Source: a virus
Virus record (IMG/VR): IMGVR_UViG_3300012038_000010
Strand: one strand, 5' to 3'
Length of the DNA: 32,488 nt
The notes beneath the pieces were generated by a model. It had not been told where the DNA came from and did not search any database. It saw nothing but the letters and a program-made list of their open reading frames with translations. The position numbers were made by a program, and so were the translations under genes. Shown here piece after piece: positions 15,000 through 24,360 of this stretch (position 1 is its first letter; the number at the start of each line of letters is the position of its first letter).

Positions 15000-16309
15000 A
15001 TAGTTGTCGGTATTATCGTTGCATCTTCTTTAGGTGTTCCTAGCAATTTCTTAGCTTCATCCTCTGTAAATCCATATATCAAGTTAATCATTGAAATAGC
15101 TGAACCGTAAGATGTAGTTCCTGCTACATATGACGCTTGTATTTCTAATAAAGCCTGCACTCCACCAACTGAACCCCTTAACGTAGCTTGCGCTTCTGCA
15201 TTTTGTTGCTCTGCTGACTTATCAGCTACAACTCCAACTGATGTATTTTCTCCGTTGTCGTTTTCATCCATTGATTCCGTGTCAAAATCTTCCACAGCTA
15301 ATTTAAAACCTCCGTTATCAATAGCATTAAAAACACCTTGTAACTCATTTAGTAATATTTCGCGTGCCGGATTAATAACCCTTCTAAATACTGATTTTGT
15401 AGCTACTGCAATTTCATCAGCGTTGGAAGAAAACCCTGTTTTACTGCCCGCTAATAAAATGGAAGGATAGGAGTGTGCAATTAATATTTTACGTTCCGCT
15501 TCCTCTGTGTAATTAACATAAGTTGCATTAACGTTTGGCGGATCGATATTGTCAACTACTACACTATTTTCTGCACTCGCATTTACTGAAACAATTGTAC
15601 GCTGTCCGTTAATTCCGCTAAAGTTTTCACGTAATTTTGTAGCTACACCTGTTTTTTGTTCTTCGGTAAGACCACGGCCCCCTACCCAGTTGATAACTTT
15701 CTGCCCACTAAAGCCTGTACTTACATCATTAAATGAATGTTGAGCCATTAATCCCTCATCTTGAGCCCATCTTAAAGCCGGAAACCAATCAGGACGTACA
15801 AATAAAGGCTCATTGGAAGGACGTTGTATAACCAACATACTTATATCGTAGCCTTCCGGCTGTTTGCCATCAAATTTAGGATAAAACTTAGGCGTATATC
15901 TTTGTCGTTTAGTCCAGTCGTATGAATACCAATAACCGTTAACTCTTACAGTATCTTTACAAACATTTAATGCCGTTCTTTCAACCGGTACATGATATAT
16001 TTTCGCGGGCTTTCCGTTATACCATACAACCTGCAAAGCGCATTGTCCTTGTTTCTTATAATCTAAAACTAATAAAGACCAATCTTTTTTGGATAGGTGG
16101 ATAGAAGGATTTTTTCCGCCTTCATGTTCATTTATTAACCCTTCACCTGCAATTAAATTGCTAATATCGTTAATACAAGCTGAGTTTGTAACGCTATCAT
16201 CGTAGGCATCAGCAAATAGCTTGTAATTTTTATTGTTATCTCCGTTCAAAATGTACTTTGTACCTACTAACACTTCAGTAATTGACGGCATATAAGCCGA
16301 AAATGTCAT
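14996..16309 (-). CDS. Portal protein (candidate).
   Basis: Size 437 aa. The central block is ...YTEEAERKILIAHSYPSILLAG..GFSSNADEIAVATKSVFRRVINPAREILLNEL, and the C-terminus is an acidic/Ala-Gln tail. It lies in the head module. Confidence 0.55.
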   Translation of the reverse strand: MTFSAYMPSITEVLVGTKYILNGDNNKNYKLFADAYDDSVTNSACINDISNLIAGEGLINEHEGGKNPSIHLSKKDWSLLVLDYKKQGQCALQVVWYNGKPAKIYHVPVERTALNVCKDTVRVNGYWYSYDWTKRQRYTPKFYPKFDGKQPEGYDISMLVIQRPSNEPLFVRPDWFPALRWAQDEGLMAQHSFNDVSTGFSGQKVINWVGGRGLTEEQKTGVATKLRENFSGINGQRTIVSVNASAENSVVVDNIDPPNVNATYVNYTEEAERKILIAHSYPSILLAGSKTGFSSNADEIAVATKSVFRRVINPAREILLNELQGVFNAIDNGGFKLAVEDFDTESMDENDNGENTSVGVVADKSAEQQNAEAQATLRGSVGGVQALLEIQASYVAGTTSYGSAISMINLIYGFTEDEAKKLLGTPKEDATIIPTTI

Positions 16310-16320
16310 GATATTTGGTG

Positions 16321-16659
16321 TTATTTGAACCTCTGTGTTGTTTGTGTCGATGGCGTAAAGTTTTGAATGTCAGTATCTTCCTTAACAACTATCATTTTAC
16401 CCCTATAAATAACGGTTTCAATAGTTGTATTCGTTATAATAATCTCGTGTTTGTCGCCTGCAAAGTACGCAACATCTTGAGTAATTGCAGGTAATTCAAA
16501 TATAAGCCTTCCGTGTGAGTATTCCCAATTTATATTGTAAGTAGTTTCTAAATTGGTTGCTTCATTCCGTGAATAAAAATCGATAATATCCCCAGAAGTG
16601 GGTGCAATCCTTACGACTGCACTCAATTCAAAGGGTGTATCTATTCTAATGACTTTCAT
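16321..16659 (-). CDS. Hypothetical virion-module protein (112 aa).
   Basis: ORF only. Confidence 0.5.
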   Translation of the reverse strand: MKVIRIDTPFELSAVVRIAPTSGDIIDFYSRNEATNLETTYNINWEYSHGRLIFELPAITQDVAYFAGDKHEIIITNTTIETVIYRGKMIVVKEDTDIQNFTPSTQTTQRFK

Positions 16660-17177
16660 TATGCAGCTACTACAATTGCCGCGTTATAAGCGGTAACCGC
16701 TGCCGATGCTAATGTGTACATGAAAGAAGGCTCTACCGTGTTAGCTGTAAACAAAAAGCCTTGAGCGTCTGTACTCTCAACTACTGTCGAAATATCCGCA
16801 CCGTTAACCGCCCCTGCAACAGTAATACTACCATCGTTGTGTTCAAAGAAAATGTTAAACACACCATCCAATAAAGCTTGAGCATCAGTTACGTTTTTAA
16901 TACGGTCGCAGTACATCAAAGCAAATGTTCCAACTCCTGCCTTGCTCCCTGTCATTGTAACTGGATCCTTCGTAGCTGTTTCGATAAAGTTGTCAGCTGT
17001 GTTTTTTACCTCAAAACGGTAAATATCTGTAATACCTGCCGGGATTACGACAACCCCCGTAGCAGTATTTTGGATAATATCCGCACTATCCCAGTACGCA
17101 AATGAAATAGCTTTGTAGCCCTTAGGTTTTACAAAGCCCGTCTTTTTTCTCGACGCTGTTAATGTAGTTCCGCACAT
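16659..17177 (-). CDS. Virion-module protein (172 aa), possibly a tail-tube or decoration protein.
   Basis: First ORF after the capsid-gene terminator, with beta-rich composition. No motif recognised. Confidence 0.4.
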   Translation of the reverse strand: MCGTTLTASRKKTGFVKPKGYKAISFAYWDSADIIQNTATGVVVIPAGITDIYRFEVKNTADNFIETATKDPVTMTGSKAGVGTFALMYCDRIKNVTDAQALLDGVFNIFFEHNDGSITVAGAVNGADISTVVESTDAQGFLFTANTVEPSFMYTLASAAVTAYNAAIVVAA

Positions 17178-17192
17178 AATTTATTTTGTTTT

Positions 17193-17225
17193 AAAAAAAA
17201 CCCCCTCCGATTTAGAGAGGGTTTT
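17193..17225 (-). terminator. Rho-independent terminator after the major capsid gene.
   Basis: The minus strand reads AAAACCCTCtctaaatcgGAGGGGGTTTTTTTT: a hairpin followed by T8. Confidence 0.75.
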
Positions 17226-17248
17226 AATATTAATTTAAATTGTAAGTA

Positions 17249-18265
17249 TTAACCTCCGTAAAGGACTCCATGCGACTGATCCATAACCGTAGCATCCAAA
17301 GTATAGATTGAACGTACAAACATAGTATCCCCGTCGTTGGCAACTTTTCCAGTTTCAAAACTAGCACAGTCAGCCATTGCATCAGTAGACCAATGGATTA
17401 CTGAAGGTCTTTGACAATATGCAAAACCTGTAGGCATTGGCACGAACTCGATAACAATACCGTTATAAGAAATAACCTCAGTATCTCCTAACCCGGTAAC
17501 TAAGAAGTTAACTTGTTGAGCTGCTCCAACTGCATTATTAGCAACTTTGATAAACTGTTTCCAAGCGTAAGGTGCATAGATAACTGGCATCTCAACACCT
17601 TCTAAAGATGCTGCCGGAATAGCTGCGTAAATCTTAGCACATTCCGCTGCGATGTTTGCCGCTGTAACGGTTGTACCTGTAACTTTAATGTAAGCCCCTA
17701 AAGCCGTTGCGTCGTAAAGCACTCTTGAAAGTACCCCATCAACTCCAGCCGGATCTGCTGTATAACCTGCAACCGCTGTTTGAGCCGCTGCTGTAATACT
17801 TCCTTGAGCCGCGCCAGGTGTTAATGCCGCGATAGCTGTTTTGGTAGTTGAAGAAACTGCCGCCCAGAATTTCAATTGTGCATCCTCTGAAACTCTTGGC
17901 CCTGTCATTGCAAGCACCTGAGAATTAAACTCATCGCTATCAATATTCCAAGCACCTGAAGACATGTCTCTGTTAAATCTTGACTGTCTTAAATCGTTGT
18001 ACAAGAATGTATATTTGTACTCGATTTTCTTAGGTGTTGCCTCACGGTCTTTTACAACTGGGCCACCTGAAGACGATAACGCCGCACCTGTGTAAAGTTG
18101 TCCGGTTACGTCAACACGTGCCTCTGTGATAATTGTAGATGCTTTCACGTCATCTGCAAAGTTTACTAATCCTTTGTTCACGGTCTTATTCGCGAACATA
18201 ATTTCCTGTATGATAGGCGATACTGCGTCGCCCTTAATCGATACCGGTGTATAAGTTAAAGCCAT
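17249..18265 (-). CDS. Major capsid protein (HK97-fold candidate).
   Basis: 338 aa and Ala/Thr/Gly/Val-rich. It follows the protease/scaffold gene and is itself followed by a strong terminator. This arrangement is typical of a highly expressed capsid gene. Confidence 0.7.
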   Translation of the reverse strand: MALTYTPVSIKGDAVSPIIQEIMFANKTVNKGLVNFADDVKASTIITEARVDVTGQLYTGAALSSSGGPVVKDREATPKKIEYKYTFLYNDLRQSRFNRDMSSGAWNIDSDEFNSQVLAMTGPRVSEDAQLKFWAAVSSTTKTAIAALTPGAAQGSITAAAQTAVAGYTADPAGVDGVLSRVLYDATALGAYIKVTGTTVTAANIAAECAKIYAAIPAASLEGVEMPVIYAPYAWKQFIKVANNAVGAAQQVNFLVTGLGDTEVISYNGIVIEFVPMPTGFAYCQRPSVIHWSTDAMADCASFETGKVANDGDTMFVRSIYTLDATVMDQSHGVLYGG

Positions 18266-18267
18266 AG

Positions 18268-18459
18268 TTATTTAGTTTTAAAGTGTGTTAAATCGTTTAC
18301 TAGCCATTCGATTTTCTCCGGCTCTAAGTTGCCTTTGCAATATTCTTCTACTGTTTTTTTCCCTACCGCATCCAAAAACTGAACGTAATTAACACCTTCA
18401 GTAAACGGATTTAAGAACTTGCCTTTAGTCGGCTCAGTTTGTTTTTCGTTTTCTTCCAT
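18268..18459 (-). CDS. Hypothetical small head-module protein (63 aa).
   Basis: ORF between the protease/scaffold and capsid genes. Confidence 0.5.
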   Translation of the reverse strand: MEENEKQTEPTKGKFLNPFTEGVNYVQFLDAVGKKTVEEYCKGNLEPEKIEWLVNDLTHFKTK

Positions 18460-19442
18460 TATTTAAGCGCTTCTTTTTTTTGTCTGTACTTTTCCAAAGC
18501 TGTTGCTGGTTTATCGTCTGCCGGAATCATAGGAATCTTTTTAAACTCCATTAATTCAGATTGAAGTTTCAAGGTTTCAGCGTCTAAAGTTTCTTTTGAA
18601 AGTTTTAACGCTTCAAAATCTTCTTTTAGTTTCAAGTCCGATGCTTCGTTTGACATTTGCATCTCGTTAACTTTAGCCAATTCAGCTTCTAAGTCTGCGA
18701 TTCTTGTTAATGCCGCAGTAAGTTCCGCTTGTAAATCAGATTCCTCTTCTTTAGGCTCTTCATCAACTACAACTTCCTCATCTAATTCTTTATCTTTTAC
18801 CTCTTCTTCAATCGGTAAATCTTTTTCTTTATCCTCTTCACTCTCGAAAATCTCTTTTAGTTTCTCGATAGCTAGGGCAAAAGCGCCTTTTTTATTCATA
18901 TCCTCTTTTTTTAAATTTACATTCTTTTGCTCTTCAGGGAATAACTGACCCTCAATAGATAGCCCTTTCAACTTCCCTTCTTTAATGTCATTCCAAACTT
19001 GATCGTTGTCAATTTTGTAACCCTTCATCAGAGTGCCAATAGGTAACTCAAAACCTAACTTAATAGATTTATCGTTTACAGTATCTTCAATTATCCATTG
19101 TTCAAAACAGAAAACGCCTTCCGTATCATTATCCTGATCGTGGTTAAGGTTTACTTTGTTATCGTAACCGTTACGCATACCTTCAATATGTAACTCTCTG
19201 ATCGTTTCAGCATCGAAATAAACATTTGCCGGCTCACCATTTATATTCTTTCTAAATATTAATTTATTAGGAATCAAAGCGGGTGCATAAAACAATCGTT
19301 TCTCTTCATTAAAAAAAACAAAGTCCGGTTTTTCGTCATTGAAAAAAAAGCCCGTGCTTTCAATAGCTGGATCGCAAACGACGCTAGTTTTCATTAGCCC
19401 TTTGTGTTCGGCATCCCTTATAAGTCTATATGTTTTTATCAT
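18459..19442 (-). CDS. Prohead protease (XkdF / S78_2-like) fused to a coiled-coil scaffold domain.
   Basis: The N-terminus ...VVCDPAIESTGFFF....FFNEEKRLFYAPALIPNKLIFRK..NGEPANVYFDAETIREL...VNLNHD fits the XkdF-like pattern. The C-terminal half is acidic with heptad-like sequence (EEDKEKDLPIEEE...LEAELAKV...). Confidence 0.65.
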   Translation of the reverse strand: MIKTYRLIRDAEHKGLMKTSVVCDPAIESTGFFFNDEKPDFVFFNEEKRLFYAPALIPNKLIFRKNINGEPANVYFDAETIRELHIEGMRNGYDNKVNLNHDQDNDTEGVFCFEQWIIEDTVNDKSIKLGFELPIGTLMKGYKIDNDQVWNDIKEGKLKGLSIEGQLFPEEQKNVNLKKEDMNKKGAFALAIEKLKEIFESEEDKEKDLPIEEEVKDKELDEEVVVDEEPKEEESDLQAELTAALTRIADLEAELAKVNEMQMSNEASDLKLKEDFEALKLSKETLDAETLKLQSELMEFKKIPMIPADDKPATALEKYRQKKEALK

Positions 19443-19453
19443 AATTATAAACG

Positions 19454-19489
19454 TAAAAAAAGCCTGCCCTAATTACTTAAGGAGGCTTT
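19454..19489 (-). terminator. Hairpin plus T7 on the minus strand, between the HNH gene and the prohead protease gene.
   Basis: The minus strand reads AAAGCCTCCttaagtaattagGGCAGGCTTTTTTT. The stem contains one bulge. Confidence 0.55.
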
Positions 19490-19558
19490 GATTGTATTTT
19501 ATGGAAAGGTAATTTGCATCTTCACAAATTTCAATTACCTCAAAGATATAAAAAAATA

Positions 19559-20065
19559 TTAATTAGTTGTTATTTCTTTTAATTTTTTTTCGTATGCTAA
19601 GTGTGCTTCGTGTTCGTCTGTGAATAACCCTAAATGTTTTAATTTCTTTTTAATACTTATATACGCCTTCCATTTGTTTGAATTCTTATCCCAACTAACC
19701 CCAACAAATTTACTGCTACTTGGTATGTGTTTCATATTTGAATTCTCTCTAGCTGTAACTATTTCTAAATTATCAACGTGGTTGTTTTGTTTATTAAGAT
19801 CAATATGATTAACAACTATGTTATGACTTTTTATCTTATGATTTAAAAAATAAAAAGCTACTAACTGATGTGTTATAAAAGTCTTTTGCTTTCCGCCCTT
19901 ATTAAGGGTTACGCTATAATAACCTCTAGACGTTAGGCCTTGCTTTAATATTTTTTCCTTAACCAAATGGCCTATATGACTTAGTCTTCTTAAACTTTTT
20001 ACATTTCCAAGATTACTAATTTGATACATTTTTTCATAGCCTTCAATATCTTTAAAAACTTCCAT
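19559..20065 (-). CDS. HNH homing endonuclease (NUMOD4, HNH_3 and AP2-like DNA-binding domains).
   Basis: FKDIEGYEKMYQISNLGNVKS (NUMOD4), HQLVAFYFL...VNHIDLNKQNNHVDNLEIVTARENS (HNH), KFVGVSWDKNSNKWKAYI...LGLF..EHEA..AY (AP2). Start trimmed to the ATG at 20065 (MEVFKDIEGY...). Confidence 0.85.
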   Translation of the reverse strand: MEVFKDIEGYEKMYQISNLGNVKSLRRLSHIGHLVKEKILKQGLTSRGYYSVTLNKGGKQKTFITHQLVAFYFLNHKIKSHNIVVNHIDLNKQNNHVDNLEIVTARENSNMKHIPSSSKFVGVSWDKNSNKWKAYISIKKKLKHLGLFTDEHEAHLAYEKKLKEITTN

Positions 20066-20175
20066 AATAAAAAAAAGATAAGCTTTCGGGGTTACGGCCT
20101 TACTCACTTATCTTTTAAATTGATTTCTTTTATATCGACCCGTAACTTTCGATAACCAAAGATACGAAAATATTT

Positions 20176-22071
20176 TTAACCTCCAGTGCCTCCGAAAGAG
20201 TTTTCCTGAACTAAAGCAGCATCAAGGCCTTGTTGCGTAGTTACCTGACTACCAACAACATACGTTTGAATTGGCGGCTGCTGTGCTTGTGAGTTCGCTA
20301 TCGATGTTCCTATTTGGTTTTCGGCGGAGGCTTGGAAACCTACGGTAGGCGCAGCGTTCACTCCACTCGGTGCGCTTATCGTAGCGGGTGCGCTTGGTGC
20401 GCTTCCACCCCCAACAGCTTGTAATGCCTTAGAAGTGTTTTGAATAATAGCCGCCGCACTCGTTGCTCCTACTGCAATATCCAAAGCAACCAAAGGAACG
20501 GAAATTGGAAACCCCTTAGCCAAATCTTTTGTAACTGCTTCGGCTGTATTGATTCCGACCTTGCCCAAACTTACAGCACTATCCGCAATAATAGCGGCTT
20601 TCATTATCTGTTTATTCTTACCCGCTAATGTCTGCACGTTTTTAATTAGGTTTTCCCCTAATGCAGTTATTTGTTCCTGATTTGCTTTCTTTGCCGCTAC
20701 TGCTGCCGCCTCTGCTGCTAAATCTCTGTCAATCCTGGCTAATGTGTTTTGATGAGCAACGTCCCCCATTTCCTGTTTAACCTGTTCAATACTTTCAGCT
20801 GTTAATCGTTCATCTTCGACTTTAAGCTCCCGTTTAAATTCTAAATCGCCCTCTAAAATTGAGTTTTCAATTTCCAATAAATCAGCTTCAACTTTTTTAA
20901 TATCAACCTTTTTTTCTAGCTGTTCTTTATTGGCTTTTTCTTCAGCTTCTTTTCGCTTTTTCGCTTCATCTTCTAACCTCTTAGCCTCTTTTTCAGCAGC
21001 TTCTTTACGTGCTTTTTCTATTGCATCTATTCTGTCTTTGTCGGCTTGTTCTATTTCACGGTTAAGTCTTGCAGCTAATTGCACTTGTCTTGTAGCATCT
21101 TCTTTTAACGCCTCGTTATAAGCGTTTACGGCGTCTATTTTTCTTTTAGTGTATTCGTCTACCTGATCGCCATGTTCTTCTAAAAACTGTTTATTCTTTT
21201 TCAAAGACTTATCTGCTGCCGCTGTTAATCTGTCTAACGCGCGCTCGCCTTCCGACGTTGCGCCTACAAAATCAGTTACCGCATTAACTATATTGCCTAT
21301 AAAATCCCCAACTTGAGCAAGACCCGGCACTAAGTTTAAAATAACTTCTTTTACTTTGTCAAAGTTATTTATCAAAGCTACAACCCCAACAACCAATAAA
21401 CCTATCCCGGTTGCAGCAATTGCTCCCTTAAGTACCTTAAACGATACCGCAGTAGTATTAACCGAACCCCCGAACGCCTTTGTCGCTAACGCTGCTAATC
21501 CGGTTGCTGCCGCGTTCGCTTTCATAGCAATTGACGACGATGTAATAACCGCTTTTAATGCCGCCCATTGATCGCTAAAGTTTGATAGGTTACTAATAGC
21601 ATCACTAAACGCCATCGCGCTCTGAACTTTCAAAAGCATCTTTTCAGTATCTTCCGTTTGATCACCAAATAAAGCCATTCCCGCAGTTACCCCTTGCATA
21701 CCGGTTGCCGCCACTTGAGTAGCTGCTCCTAATGCTTTGAACTTTTGATCAGGATTAAACTTATCAGCTAAATCAGTCGCAAAACCAATATTGTCTTTTA
21801 TCTCAGCTACTCCCTTAGCTGCTTTAATAGCTTGAGTTGACGTTTCACCGTATAGTTGAATAGACTTTACTAACTCCTGATTTGCTTCCCTTAATTGCGT
21901 CTTTAAACTCTTATAAGCTTCATCCTGTTTGTCAACAGCCTTTGAATTATCCTTTACGCTTTCAGTCGTTTGTTCGATTGATACGTTTAAACCGTTTACG
22001 TCCTTTGCTGCTTTATCGGCATTCGTTTGAAAGTCTAATATAATTTTTTCTTTACTCGTTTCGTCTGCCAT
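20176..22071 (-). CDS. Tape-measure-like protein (or an internal/ejection protein).
   Basis: 631 aa. It has Ala-rich helical segments, a hydrophobic stretch GIGLLVVGVVALI, a long charged coiled coil (KEAAEKEAKRLEDEAKKRKEAEEK) and a Gly/Ala/Ser-rich C-terminus. Confidence 0.5.
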   Translation of the reverse strand: MADETSKEKIILDFQTNADKAAKDVNGLNVSIEQTTESVKDNSKAVDKQDEAYKSLKTQLREANQELVKSIQLYGETSTQAIKAAKGVAEIKDNIGFATDLADKFNPDQKFKALGAATQVAATGMQGVTAGMALFGDQTEDTEKMLLKVQSAMAFSDAISNLSNFSDQWAALKAVITSSSIAMKANAAATGLAALATKAFGGSVNTTAVSFKVLKGAIAATGIGLLVVGVVALINNFDKVKEVILNLVPGLAQVGDFIGNIVNAVTDFVGATSEGERALDRLTAAADKSLKKNKQFLEEHGDQVDEYTKRKIDAVNAYNEALKEDATRQVQLAARLNREIEQADKDRIDAIEKARKEAAEKEAKRLEDEAKKRKEAEEKANKEQLEKKVDIKKVEADLLEIENSILEGDLEFKRELKVEDERLTAESIEQVKQEMGDVAHQNTLARIDRDLAAEAAAVAAKKANQEQITALGENLIKNVQTLAGKNKQIMKAAIIADSAVSLGKVGINTAEAVTKDLAKGFPISVPLVALDIAVGATSAAAIIQNTSKALQAVGGGSAPSAPATISAPSGVNAAPTVGFQASAENQIGTSIANSQAQQPPIQTYVVGSQVTTQQGLDAALVQENSFGGTGG

Positions 22072-22074
22072 CGT

Positions 22075-24360
22075 TTAGAAGTTTAATAGGTTTATATCCG
22101 TGTTCCCTGTGGTAATATCTATTTGCGCATCTATAATGCTAAAGCGTTGTTCTTGTAATACTATTTCATTCTGTAATCTAAATCCACCAGGGACGTTTGA
22201 CATTCCCGGCTCGGTAGTCGCAAAGTTTAAAACCAACTCACTCGCTGGCAATCTTAATTTATACGATTGGTTTAATGTATTCGGACTTAACAGTCTTTCA
22301 GTTTGCACCCGGTAAAAATCATAGTACAAACTTCTTACAGTTGCTTCATGAATTAAACTAAAGCCAAAGCTAAACCCGTTCGGATGAACCGGACTTGTTT
22401 TAATGTACGATTGTAAACGTGCTGCGTATAAAGTACCATCCGGCATACTCTTTTGAAATGCTAAGTTGTTAACGTAAATGTTTGTGATACCGATATTCAC
22501 AGTTAAATTTCTTAATCCTGCTGCAAAGAATATCGTTAAATCACCATTATTAGGCTTGTATCTCTTTTCTCCACCTGCTAATATTTCAGGTGGTTCTGAA
22601 TTGAACCCATAAGAAGTAAATTCCGTCGCCATCCCATCAATTGGCAAAGCCTCTAAAATACAGAACCCTGTTTCTACTTTAAATTCATTTAGATTTTCTG
22701 TAGGTTTAACAGTTGGATATGTTGTTTGTCCGAACTCTAAACCGTGAGCTGCTAAATAATCCTCGTTTGATTTGTACTTTGAAGTCTTATGCTTAAAATT
22801 GTAGTAGTTGTAATCTGCTGCAATGGTTTTACTTACTGCTTTTGATACGATATAAGGCGTATAGTCTACCACTCTTTTGGAATATACCTGATTTTCTGTT
22901 AATAAATCCTGTGGAGTTAGCCAAAACAGTTTATCATTGTTAGGACTTGCATCGAAAACAGATATGTTAAACGTCTTGAAAAAGCTATTTAAGAAGTCCA
23001 CACATTTCGTTTCAGGCAATGCCTTGAATAAATCAATCTTACCCCCACCGGACGCACCTGAATTGTTATTAGTTGCTGAAATATAACGCCATTTTCTACG
23101 CTCTACCGAAGTCCCACCGAACCCATTACCGTATGTGTGGTAATATTCTTGTTCGGTAAAGACATCCATATTGCTCCAACTACATAACTGCTTAGGTGAT
23201 ATTTCAATTGTAAAGGCTAACTGCGTTCCCAAAAACATACTGTCGTTCAAAAATAAATCCATTTGCGATGTTGAAGGCGACAAAGAAACCGTATTTGTAT
23301 AAAGCACTCTACCGTCTGTACGTTTAACGATTACTAGAAACTCGCTGTTGGTTGTATCGTCTAAAATAACGATTCCGTTTAACCTTAGTGATAGCATAAA
23401 ATCACCGCCCCATCGTTCAGGATAAAACGAATTATCTAAGTTAACAGTCCAAATGTCTGTACCTGTATCGAGGATAGTGTTATATCTAGGACTACCCGGT
23501 AATCCATCACCGCCGGCGTCGTTGTTTTCACTTATTACAGATAACGTTAAAGGATTGATTAAGTCAATAGTCGTTAGTTCACTAGTTGCCTTTATATCGG
23601 CATTACAATACACATACCAATCATTGTAATGTACAGTATCTTCTAAAGGCATCTCAATGTCTAAATTATACTTTGCCTTTATTAAGTCGATGATAGTTCT
23701 GCCTTGAATAGCCGGTCTAAACTCCGACGTTTTTAAAACACCGGTGCCGGTTGGATCTGCTCCGGCTACATAAGCCACATTATCTAAATATGTCGCGTCG
23801 CCTGTGTTTAGCTTTCTTTGGAATATCCTATTACGCGACATTAAAGGCACGTAGTATTTAGTTGTTATTCCATCAATCGGTTCTGCATCTGCCACCTTAA
23901 TAGATGAGATTGAGCTATGCACGTCATTAGGCAACCATGATACTTCAACAGGATTATCCGGTAACTTATTTATTAAGTCTTCGCCCATTCGGGTAGTAAG
24001 GCTTAGCATTGTAGTTGTGAAGTTAGCAGTAAAGGACTTTACAATACCGTTATCTTCCCTAACCTCTGTTAACTTTAATTTACCGGTTTGGAATAGTAAC
24101 CCGTTTGAATATATCTTACAAGGAAATACGTTATCAGTTTTGATTTTGTAAACCTTAGTATTGCCTACAAAACCGAATATCCTTTGATTGTTCAAAGTAC
24201 CCGGAAAAGTAAACGACAAACTAAAAGCGGAAAAGATTTTATTTAAATCGGTAGTGTCTTTCAGAACGTATTTCATATTAATGCTTTCGTTCTTAGCTAA
24301 GTCAACTTTATTATACTCTAATCCATCAATAGAAATATATACATCAGTTAATACGTTCAT
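22075..24360 (-). CDS. Large tail/baseplate structural protein (761 aa).
   Basis: Assigned by size and position in the tail module. The N-terminus ...ESINMKYVLKDTTDLNKIFSAFSLSFTFPGTLNNQRIFG resembles N-termini of distal-tail/hub proteins. This is a by-eye judgement only. Confidence 0.45.
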   Translation of the reverse strand: MNVLTDVYISIDGLEYNKVDLAKNESINMKYVLKDTTDLNKIFSAFSLSFTFPGTLNNQRIFGFVGNTKVYKIKTDNVFPCKIYSNGLLFQTGKLKLTEVREDNGIVKSFTANFTTTMLSLTTRMGEDLINKLPDNPVEVSWLPNDVHSSISSIKVADAEPIDGITTKYYVPLMSRNRIFQRKLNTGDATYLDNVAYVAGADPTGTGVLKTSEFRPAIQGRTIIDLIKAKYNLDIEMPLEDTVHYNDWYVYCNADIKATSELTTIDLINPLTLSVISENNDAGGDGLPGSPRYNTILDTGTDIWTVNLDNSFYPERWGGDFMLSLRLNGIVILDDTTNSEFLVIVKRTDGRVLYTNTVSLSPSTSQMDLFLNDSMFLGTQLAFTIEISPKQLCSWSNMDVFTEQEYYHTYGNGFGGTSVERRKWRYISATNNNSGASGGGKIDLFKALPETKCVDFLNSFFKTFNISVFDASPNNDKLFWLTPQDLLTENQVYSKRVVDYTPYIVSKAVSKTIAADYNYYNFKHKTSKYKSNEDYLAAHGLEFGQTTYPTVKPTENLNEFKVETGFCILEALPIDGMATEFTSYGFNSEPPEILAGGEKRYKPNNGDLTIFFAAGLRNLTVNIGITNIYVNNLAFQKSMPDGTLYAARLQSYIKTSPVHPNGFSFGFSLIHEATVRSLYYDFYRVQTERLLSPNTLNQSYKLRLPASELVLNFATTEPGMSNVPGGFRLQNEIVLQEQRFSIIDAQIDITTGNTDINLLNF

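Larger units (their letters stand above)
19443..20175 (-). mobile_element. Free-standing homing-endonuclease cassette inserted in the structural operon.
   Basis: The HNH gene has unusually long flanks for this genome (68 nt and 116 nt). Each flank carries a similar block with a consensus -7 box: caaagatacgaaaatattttta at 20157.. and caaagatataaaaaaatattaat at 19541... The cassette also has its own terminator. Confidence 0.5.
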
